From an uncultured bacterium (GTDB lineage: Bacteria; Zixibacteria; MSB-5A5; GN15; FEB-12), in contig CBDVDR010000002.1 of assembly GCA_965372795.1 (NCBI GenBank), positions 128,001 through 192,000 of the forward strand: a stretch of 64,000 nucleotides of DNA, given 5' to 3'. The notes below the pieces were generated by a model. The model was not told the DNA's origin. It searched no databases and saw nothing but the letters and a program-made list of their open reading frames with translations. Below are positions 57,010-64,000 of this stretch, piece after piece. How positions within the stretch are numbered: position 1 is the stretch's first letter; every line of letters begins with the position of its first letter. Position numbers and translations under genes: made by a program.

Positions 57010-58884
57010 TTATTCCCCTGTTAAAGCTTGAAGTTTTTCGGTTGAATAAATATCCAACTCATTCATCCATTTGGTTAAATAACTAACTCTGTCCTTTTCG
57101 CTCAAGGTTGACAGATCAAAAGGTCTGCCACGACCATCAAGGATAACACCGACCACGCCGCCATAAACATCTTTTTCGATTTTCTGTCCTTTACCGGCGC
57201 CAAGATCGTAATGTTTGGTAGGTTCAAACGTAGCTTTGGCAACTATCGGGAGTCCGTTTTCCTGAATACCGAGGTTGAATTTTTTCATTTCGAGATGTTC
57301 AAGAGTACCACTGACCGTTCCGGATGGAAGTTCAATAGTGTAATTCATAACCGGTCCGGCACCTTTTTTGGGAACACCAACCGGGGCAACACAGGTACCA
57401 AGATGGATCAGGCAATCTTTTTCAAATACTTCAGTAGCAGCTTTTGGCTGAACTTCGGTCAAGACCCCAAGCTGAGGCATCATGAAGATTGAGTCGACAG
57501 CCAGACGGGTGACACCTTCCGGTAAGAAAGAATCAATCATCATCAAAGCTGATTGCTGACGGCGAGGTGCGTGAGAAAGAACACCGCCGGAACCGATAAG
57601 CATATCGAGCGTCATCATGTTTACAATGGTAGCACCGGAAGCCGACTGTTCGAAAGCATCGGCAATGGTACGCTGTTGTTGAACGCCTTTTAAGACGGTC
57701 GCAAAGTTTTTGTGCTGAATGAAGGCGAGACGAAGAGCTTCTTTGGCAATTGCCTGTTCAAAAATTAGTTCTTCAAGAGATTGCGGGATCGTAGTCGGGC
57801 GAATCATTTTGTTTTTAACACGGTTTCTGAGGTCGCGTTCATCCATCGGGAATGGTACCCAGCGCATAACCATAGGCAGGGTAGCTTCGGCAAATACATT
57901 TGAGATAGAGTATGACATGCCAAGGTTAGCTGATACCGTACGGTTAAAGACGCCTTCGCCGTCATCTTCCGGACGGAAGACAGAGAATACATCGGTGGTT
58001 GCTCCACCAATGTCAACGCCAACGGCTTCAATATTGTACTGTTCGGCGATAGTTTGAATAATCAGACCAACTGCTCCCGGGGTAGGCATAATTGGAGCAT
58101 CGCCCCATTCCATTAGTTTTTTATAGCCGGGTGCCTGAGCCATGACGTGTTCCATGAACAGTTCATGGATTTCTTCACGGGCAGGACCAAGATTTTCACG
58201 TTCTAAGACAGGACGAAGATTGTCGACAACTTTTAAGTCAACTTTATCAGAAAGAGTTTCTTCAACGTTTTTAGCGGCATCTTTATTGCCGGCATAAATA
58301 ATCGGTAGTTTGTAACTTGAGCCAAGACGAGGGCGCGGGTCGGCGGCTGAAATAAGTTCGGCAAGTTCGACTACGTGAGTAGTTGTGCCACCGTCAATGC
58401 CGCCGGACAGGAGAATCATGTCGGGGCGTAAGTGGCGAATGCGTTCAATTTGTTGATGGGGGAGACGTTTATCATTGGATGAGATAACGTCCATGACAAT
58501 TGCGCCGGCACCAAGGGCGGCACGTTCGGCTGATTCGGCAGTCATTGATCTGACCACGCCGGCAACCATCATCTGTAAGCCACCTCCGGCTGATGATGTA
58601 GAGATGAAGACATCGGTACCAGTATTACCTTGGGCAGGGGAAATGAATTTGCCGTTTTCGTCAAGAATTTTCCTGCCGGATAATTCTTCGAGTTCCGCAA
58701 CAGCGTTGAGAACGCCCATAGTTACATCTTCAAACGGTGCTTCAACCGTAGTTGGAGCTTCACCTCTTGTAGTTTGGCGATACTCACCATTAATGAATTC
58801 AATAAGAATTGCTTTTGTAGTAGTAGATCCGCAATCGGTGGCGACAATAATTTTAATATCGTCAGGGTTATCAAACTTAGCCAT
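57010..58884 (-). CDS. GlmL/MutL-like (glutamate mutase L family) ASKHA-fold ATPase
   Basis: TDCGSTTTKA, PTTV, SSAGGGL.M.V.G, TAESA.RAALGAGA, PDMILL.GG.DGG, IIYAGN, N.RP, MPTP.AV, VDIGGATTDVFS, RTV.ANLGM. Confidence 0.85.
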   Translation of the reverse strand: MAKFDNPDDIKIIVATDCGSTTTKAILIEFINGEYRQTTRGEAPTTVEAPFEDVTMGVLNAVAELEELSGRKILDENGKFISPAQGNTGTDVFISTSSAGGGLQMMVAGVVRSMTAESAERAALGAGAIVMDVISSNDKRLPHQQIERIRHLRPDMILLSGGIDGGTTTHVVELAELISAADPRPRLGSSYKLPIIYAGNKDAAKNVEETLSDKVDLKVVDNLRPVLERENLGPAREEIHELFMEHVMAQAPGYKKLMEWGDAPIMPTPGAVGLIIQTIAEQYNIEAVGVDIGGATTDVFSVFRPEDDGEGVFNRTVSANLGMSYSISNVFAEATLPMVMRWVPFPMDERDLRNRVKNKMIRPTTIPQSLEELIFEQAIAKEALRLAFIQHKNFATVLKGVQQQRTIADAFEQSASGATIVNMMTLDMLIGSGGVLSHAPRRQQSALMMIDSFLPEGVTRLAVDSIFMMPQLGVLTEVQPKAATEVFEKDCLIHLGTCVAPVGVPKKGAGPVMNYTIELPSGTVSGTLEHLEMKKFNLGIQENGLPIVAKATFEPTKHYDLGAGKGQKIEKDVYGGVVGVILDGRGRPFDLSTLSEKDRVSYLTKWMNELDIYSTEKLQALTGE

Positions 58885-58988
58885 TTGAAAAAACCTGTTA
58901 TTTAAATTTTAAAATTCTCTTACTTTATTGCGATAACTAATGAAACCAAAATAGTTTATCGCTTACAGTCCGTTTAACAAAGGGTGGC

Positions 58989-59017
58989 ATTATACATAAA
59001 ACATCAAATCTTGTAAA
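58989..59017 (-). promoter_or_regulatory. Sigma70 promoter of glmL-like operon
   Basis: Minus strand TTTACA-N17-TATAAT. Confidence 0.65.
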
Positions 59018-59160
59018 GAGCCTTTTTAGTATAAATTAGAATTATAAGACGGCAAATAGCGGGAATTATCCAATTTATCAGAAAATGAAATTTATCGAAC
59101 GCTTTGTAGTTCATTCACAGATAGTTACAAGGGTTAAATTGCACTAATCTTTCTTTTTTC

Positions 59161-59189
59161 TTGACTTCAAAATACCAGTCTGATAGATT
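59161..59189 (+). promoter_or_regulatory. Sigma70 promoter of DUF6754 membrane operon
   Basis: TTGACT-N17-TAGATT with TGn extension. Confidence 0.65.
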
Positions 59190-59291
59190 GGCAACTTATT
59201 AGTATTTTATGAGGTTTGTTCTGATTTTTAGTTTGATGTTTTAAACAAGTTAATCGTTACTGAATTAACTCTAACTTGAAATGTTGGTTCT

Positions 59292-60587
59292 TTGGTTGAG
59301 GAAATGACTTTGAGTGACTTTTTGAACAATACACCTTCCATAAAAATTTTCAGGAATTACCTTATATATACATTTTTGTTACTTTTCCTAATTACATCAA
59401 ATATTTATTCACAAGATGAAATAGAGCCGGTTGATGAGCCAGCTCAAGTCTCCGATTCAGTCTTAGAAACTTTTGTACCTTCTCCCATAACTGGAATTTC
59501 GGTAAAAGATACTCCTAATGATGCCGGTAATTCAATTACAATCACTTGGGGATTATCACCTGATGATACAGTTGGCGGTAAAGTAGTAAAATATAGAATT
59601 CTCCGGTCTGATACCAGTTTTGCCGGGGATGGATATAAAGAGGTCGGCGATGTGCCGGCTGATAAAAATGAATATATTGATGGTCAGGTTGATGACGATC
59701 ATGTTTATACTTATGTAATCTCTACGGTTAATAATGTAGTAGAGAATGGTGAAACAGTTTGGGAAGTTTCAACCGAATCAGATCAGTCTGAACCGGTAAG
59801 TTCTTCGGCCCAATGGTTTGATATGAGGCGTATCAACGTCTTTGTCGGGGTGTTGATGGTTTGTGCCTTCATTATGTATTATATCAATCAGGCCAAATCA
59901 GGGAAGAAACTGTTTATACGTAAAATTGCCGGACTTGAAGCGGTGGATGAAGCTGTTGGCCGGGCAACTGAGATGGGGAAGAAGATTTTCTTTATACCCG
60001 GCACTCAGGATATGGATAATGTTCAGACGATTGCCGGAGTTACGATTTTAGGGCGTGTTGCCGAAATGGCTGCCACCTATGACACCTGGCTTGAAGTTCC
60101 CGTTTCACGTTCATTAGTATTAGTAACTGCCAAAGAGATAGTAAAAGAGGCTTACTCCAAAGCCGGTCGTCCAGATGCATTTAATGAAGATCAGGTACAT
60201 TATTTAACGGATGACCAGTTTGGGTATGCGGCGGGTATTGACGGCATGGTAGTACGTGAAAAACCGGCGACAATTTTCTTTATGGGTGCATTTTATGCCG
60301 AATCACTGATTTTGGCTGAAACCGGTAACTCAATCGGTGCGATTCAAATTGCCGGAACCGGAATGCCTTCACAACTGCCATTCTTTGTTGCTGCTTGTGA
60401 TTATACTTTAATAGGTGAAGAATTATTTGCCGCATCGGCGTATCTTTCCCGTGAGCCAAAACTTCTTGGTTCATTAAAGGGGCAGGATATGGGGAAAGCG
60501 GTAATTTTGGTAGCGATAATAATTGGAATTATATTGGAAACTTTTAATATATGGAATTTTTCATCACTATTTACGGTGATTGAGTAA
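59292..60587 (+). CDS. FN3 + DUF6754-type membrane protein (paralog 1; exact start uncertain, 59292-59310)
   Basis: Signal, FN3-like (ITITW..S.D...KY.I.R...Y.D...Y.Y.I), TM, IRKIAGLEAVDEAVGRATEMG...AESLILAETG..GAIQIAGT...QLPFF...D.TLIGEELFAASAYLS, C-terminal TM. Confidence 0.8.
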   Translation: MVEEMTLSDFLNNTPSIKIFRNYLIYTFLLLFLITSNIYSQDEIEPVDEPAQVSDSVLETFVPSPITGISVKDTPNDAGNSITITWGLSPDDTVGGKVVKYRILRSDTSFAGDGYKEVGDVPADKNEYIDGQVDDDHVYTYVISTVNNVVENGETVWEVSTESDQSEPVSSSAQWFDMRRINVFVGVLMVCAFIMYYINQAKSGKKLFIRKIAGLEAVDEAVGRATEMGKKIFFIPGTQDMDNVQTIAGVTILGRVAEMAATYDTWLEVPVSRSLVLVTAKEIVKEAYSKAGRPDAFNEDQVHYLTDDQFGYAAGIDGMVVREKPATIFFMGAFYAESLILAETGNSIGAIQIAGTGMPSQLPFFVAACDYTLIGEELFAASAYLSREPKLLGSLKGQDMGKAVILVAIIIGIILETFNIWNFSSLFTVIE

Positions 60588-60590
60588 GCG

Positions 60591-61238
60591 ATGCGTAGAG
60601 AAATACCGTTATTAATAACCGGCATCGTCGGTGTGGTTTTTGTGATTCAATATTTTGTTCCACATGCCCCCTTTGATCGGATGAATGCATGGTTTTCGGA
60701 TTGGTTTTCTATAATAGGTGCCTGTGCTATCTGGCTTGGTGCGCTTAATTTGTTGAAGATATCTTTCCAAAAGACAATGAAAAAGAAAGCTGACTGGGGT
60801 TATGCCGTTGTTACAATAATTTCTTTTTTCCTGATCACAATAATCGGATTTACTGCGGGCGAAGGGTTTCGGGAGCCGGGAACAGGCTTTACCTGGCTTT
60901 ATGATTTTGTATACACGCCGCTTTCGGCAACGATGTTTGCAATCTTAGCCTTTTTTGTCGCGTCAGCTTCTTATCGCGCTTTTAGAGCCCGAAATCTTGA
61001 TGCGACCCTTCTATTAGTAGCTGCGTTTTTGGTGATGATTGGAAGAGTGCCGGTGGGATATAGTATATCGTCATTTATGCCGGATGCTTTTCAGCTTCAA
61101 AATATAGCGACCTGGATAATGCAGTTTCCTCAGACTGCCGGCCAGCGGGCAATTATGATTGGTATCGCTCTTGGGATTGTCTCTACATCACTCAGAATTA
61201 TTCTTGGTATTGAACGTTCACATCTGGGGGGTGATTAA
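60591..61238 (+). CDS. Hypothetical polytopic membrane protein (about 6 TM)
   Basis: PL.ATMFA.LAFF.ASA.YRAFRARN, G.RAI.IG.ALG....LR.ILG.ER. Confidence 0.8.
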   Translation: MRREIPLLITGIVGVVFVIQYFVPHAPFDRMNAWFSDWFSIIGACAIWLGALNLLKISFQKTMKKKADWGYAVVTIISFFLITIIGFTAGEGFREPGTGFTWLYDFVYTPLSATMFAILAFFVASASYRAFRARNLDATLLLVAAFLVMIGRVPVGYSISSFMPDAFQLQNIATWIMQFPQTAGQRAIMIGIALGIVSTSLRIILGIERSHLGGD

Positions 61239-62249
61239 TTGAGTACAAAAATTAAAGAATTGATTGTAGTAGCAATTATTCTGATTGTATCAATTGTATT
61301 TTATTTAGCAAAAATAAATAGCTGGTTTGGAGCAATTAAATTTTCAACGACCGTATCAATGATAATTGTCGGATTGATTTTTATCTCCTTATTGTATATT
61401 CTTTTCTTGACTCTAAAAGGGAAGCCGGTTGGTCGAAGGACAGTTTTCTTATATGTCGGTATTGCGGTATCACTTCCATTTTTTATGGATATTTCCCAGA
61501 CAATAAAGATTTCTCCAGAGGTTCAAACTTTGTATGATTGGATCGAAACCCTTCCGCCGGGTTCCAAAGCATTAGTGTCATTCGATTATGATCCTCCTTC
61601 AGCACCTGAACTTCAGCCGATGGCAGAATCATTTTTCCGCTTCTGTTTTAATAATGATATCAAAGTCATAATTATAGGTCTTTGGCCACAAGGTCCTCAA
61701 CAGGCGAACCTTGCCCTTGAAGTTGTTTTACAGGATGAAAATATAGCGGCTAAAAATTTACAGTATGGTATTGATTACGTTAATTTGGGATTCCAAACCG
61801 GGAATGAGTTTGTTATTCAAAGGATGGGTGCGGATTTTAAATCAATGTTTCCGACAGATTATTCCGGAACCGCTTACGATGATCTTCCTTTAGTAAAGAA
61901 CGTAAAGAATTTTGATAATATAGATTACAGTTTTAATTTATCTGCCGGTTATCCGGGAACAATCGAGTGGGTGCAGGTAGCGGTTGACCGTTACGCTGTT
62001 GATTTGGGTGCCGGCAATACTGCCGTACAGGCACCGCAATGTTATCCATATCTGAGGTCCGGACAGTTGAAAGGGATTCTCGGCGGCATGAATGGTGCGG
62101 CTGAATTTGAATTACTTACCGGACATGAAGGTAAAGGCACAAAGTTTATGTTGTCTCAATCATTTGCTCATATGGTTGTGATAGCATTTATTCTTATTGG
62201 TAATGTCGCCTATTTCAGGGGCGGTCGAGAGAAGAAACTCAAAGGTTAA
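61239..62249 (+). CDS. Hypothetical membrane protein with large alpha/beta domain
   Basis: 3 N-terminal TMs, SFDYDP....EL.PMA, YG.DYVNLGF, PY..SGQL.G..GG..GAAE.E, C-terminal TM; TTG start abuts previous stop. Confidence 0.8.
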   Translation: MSTKIKELIVVAIILIVSIVFYLAKINSWFGAIKFSTTVSMIIVGLIFISLLYILFLTLKGKPVGRRTVFLYVGIAVSLPFFMDISQTIKISPEVQTLYDWIETLPPGSKALVSFDYDPPSAPELQPMAESFFRFCFNNDIKVIIIGLWPQGPQQANLALEVVLQDENIAAKNLQYGIDYVNLGFQTGNEFVIQRMGADFKSMFPTDYSGTAYDDLPLVKNVKNFDNIDYSFNLSAGYPGTIEWVQVAVDRYAVDLGAGNTAVQAPQCYPYLRSGQLKGILGGMNGAAEFELLTGHEGKGTKFMLSQSFAHMVVIAFILIGNVAYFRGGREKKLKG

Positions 62250-62256
62250 GCGAATT

Positions 62257-62880
62257 ATGGATCATTTTTCAGTATGGGTTGCAGCTTTTTTTACAATGGG
62301 AATTGTTTCCTTTTTGTACAAGGACAATCACTGGTACAAACTCTGTGAATCAATTTTTGTTGGGATTTCTGCCGGATACTGGTTTGTGACTTTGTTCTGG
62401 GATAATATCTACGGGAAATTCTGGCTTGGCAAGGGTGAAGACCCGATGCTTTATGTCGGAGCCTTGTTGGGATTAATGATGATTCTCAGGTTGATTCCTA
62501 AAATTGGATGGATCTCCCGTTGGCCCTTGGCATTCATTGTCGGTGCGACCTCGGGTTTGTATCTTATAAATTATTTTTCATCAAATATAATGCGTCAGGT
62601 TGAAAATACGGTTATGCCGTTATTTGGCGCCGGATATGAAGCTGGAATTTATACTATAATCGGTAATATTATTGTGGCCGTCGGTACGTTTTCAGGGCTG
62701 ATTTATTTCTTTTTCTCAAAAGAACACAAAGGCGCCTTTGGCGCTACCGCCCGAGTCGGAATTATCTTTTTAATGATAACTTTCGGTGCATCTTTTGGCT
62801 ATACCGTTATGAGCCGTATGTCGCTTTTGATCGGACGAATTGACTTCCTGCTTGGCGACTGGCTGGGGATGATTAACTAG
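62257..62880 (+). CDS. Hypothetical polytopic membrane protein (about 6 TM)
   Basis: SFLYKDN..YK..E.IFVG.SAG, YFFFS..H, FLM..FGA.FG.TV..R..LL..R..FL; start ATG 62257. Confidence 0.8.
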   Translation: MDHFSVWVAAFFTMGIVSFLYKDNHWYKLCESIFVGISAGYWFVTLFWDNIYGKFWLGKGEDPMLYVGALLGLMMILRLIPKIGWISRWPLAFIVGATSGLYLINYFSSNIMRQVENTVMPLFGAGYEAGIYTIIGNIIVAVGTFSGLIYFFFSKEHKGAFGATARVGIIFLMITFGASFGYTVMSRMSLLIGRIDFLLGDWLGMIN

Positions 62881-64000
62881 TGAGAAATAAAAAATCAAAA
62901 TTACCTTTGTTGTTTTTATCAATTTTAATCGTCATCTCATTTAATATTTCAATCTTTTCTCAGGAAACTCCGGTTGTTGAAGAGGTAGATTCAACAATTA
63001 TTGTTGCCGCCCCGGTAACATCTCTGATAGCATCTGATTTTAAATATGATGATGGAGAAGCCATTGAATTAAGCTGGGTGCCGTCGATAGACGACCAACT
63101 GGTTGAGGGGAAAGTAATTGCTTATCGGGTTTACCGGAGAACAAATGGTGCTTTAGAGGAAAAGATTGCCGAACTACCGAAAGGTTCTGCTTACTACCGT
63201 GATGACGGTTTGGAAAAAGAGAATAGCTATATGTATAGTGTCACTTCTGTTTCGCTAAATTTTGAGCAATTCTCAACCGAGACGGCGCCGATTAGTCCTG
63301 AGAGAGAATGGCTTAACTATGATCGTTCGTATTTATTCTTAATAGCATTAATTATCACTTTGGCAATCGCTTTTTTCATAGAAACCGCCCGTCGCGGGAA
63401 AAAATTATTTGTCCGGAAGATTGCCGGATTAGAAGCTATTGACGAAGCAATCGGTCGTGCGACCGAAATGGGACGTCCGATTTTATATGTTCCGGGTATT
63501 CAGGATATGGATGATGTGCAGACTCTTGCCGGTTTAACAATTCTTGGACGAGTCTCCCGAATGATTGCTGAATATGATACCCGAATTTTTATGCCTGTTT
63601 CCCGTTCGTTGGTTATGACCGCCGGACGTGAAACGATTAAAGCTGCCTATCAATCAGCCGGTCGTCCTGATGCTTATAGCGATGACATGGTAAACTATAT
63701 AACAGACGAACAGTTTGGTTATGTTGCGGCGGTAGATGGAATTATGGTCCGTGAAAAACCGGCGACCTGTTTCTACATGGGAGCTTTCTTTGCGGAATCG
63801 CTTATTTTAGCAGAAACCGGAAATTCAATCGGAGCCATTCAGATAGCGGGTACTGCCCGTCCGGCACAGCTTCCATTTTTTATTGCCGCCTGTGATTTTA
63901 CTCTTATTGGTGAAGAACTGTTTGCAGCTTCGGCATATTTATCTAACGAACCAAAGCAGTTGGGTTCGTTAAAGGGTCAGGATATCGGCAAAGCGATAGC
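62880..64000 (+). CDS. FN3 + DUF6754-type membrane protein (paralog 2), 3' truncated by window edge; absent from the ORF track
   Basis: GTG overlapping previous stop; translated by hand MRNKKSKLPLLFLSILIV...IELSWVPSIDD...VRKIAGLEAIDEAIGRATEMG...AESLILAETGNSIGAIQIAGT...LIGEELFAASAYLS..PK.LGSLKGQD. Confidence 0.85.
   Translation, partial: MRNKKSKLPLLFLSILIVISFNISIFSQETPVVEEVDSTIIVAAPVTSLIASDFKYDDGEAIELSWVPSIDDQLVEGKVIAYRVYRRTNGALEEKIAELPKGSAYYRDDGLEKENSYMYSVTSVSLNFEQFSTETAPISPEREWLNYDRSYLFLIALIITLAIAFFIETARRGKKLFVRKIAGLEAIDEAIGRATEMGRPILYVPGIQDMDDVQTLAGLTILGRVSRMIAEYDTRIFMPVSRSLVMTAGRETIKAAYQSAGRPDAYSDDMVNYITDEQFGYVAAVDGIMVREKPATCFYMGAFFAESLILAETGNSIGAIQIAGTARPAQLPFFIAACDFTLIGEELFAASAYLSNEPKQLGSLKGQDIGKAI

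Noticed and set aside
57010..58884. DNA mismatch-repair MutL, or a glutamate fermentation locus
   Set aside because: Motifs are ASKHA, not GHKL; no glutamate mutase S/E or methylaspartase genes in the window

Overview
AT-rich bacterial chromosomal segment, most likely from an FCB-superphylum organism. Candidate phylum Zixibacteria is my inference from the PorV/PorQ-like genes, FlgD/T9SS-type C-terminal domains, the multiheme lipoprotein and the gene order. No rRNA, tRNA, CRISPR array or transposase was found. Housekeeping blocks: fur-feoA-feoB, ecfT-truA-tal-purB-psd-pssA-purS-purQ-DUF4321-tatA, etfA, an ICDH/IPMDH-family dehydrogenase, smpB-amidase-murI-rdgB, ligA and tolQRAB-pal-cpoB. Envelope and secreted functions: three PorV/PorQ-like barrels, S8 and M6 proteases and a beta-propeller with sorting domains, a GT-C/TPR glycosyltransferase, a multiheme-PKD cytochrome and a YCF48-like lipoprotein. 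Best candidates for undescribed systems: (1) a divergent locus at 55.1-64 kb coupling a GlmL-like ASKHA ATPase and a barrel-sandwich-hybrid protein to five or more membrane proteins, including two FN3-DUF6754 paralogs, with no B12 mutase in the window; (2) a 27.1-29.4 kb island where small unrelated genes with a shared 36-bp leader sit between GTAG/GTGG REP-like palindromes, like RAYT-type gene cassettes; (3) strong D-(S/T) sequon enrichment in exported proteins, suggesting general O-glycosylation; (4) an apparently autoregulated, leaderless PhaR-phasin fusion with an internal start; (5) sigma28-type promoters in front of an FHA/phosphatase/CHASE2-kinase operon, a heme-c/CZB chemoreceptor and a CheY-like pair.
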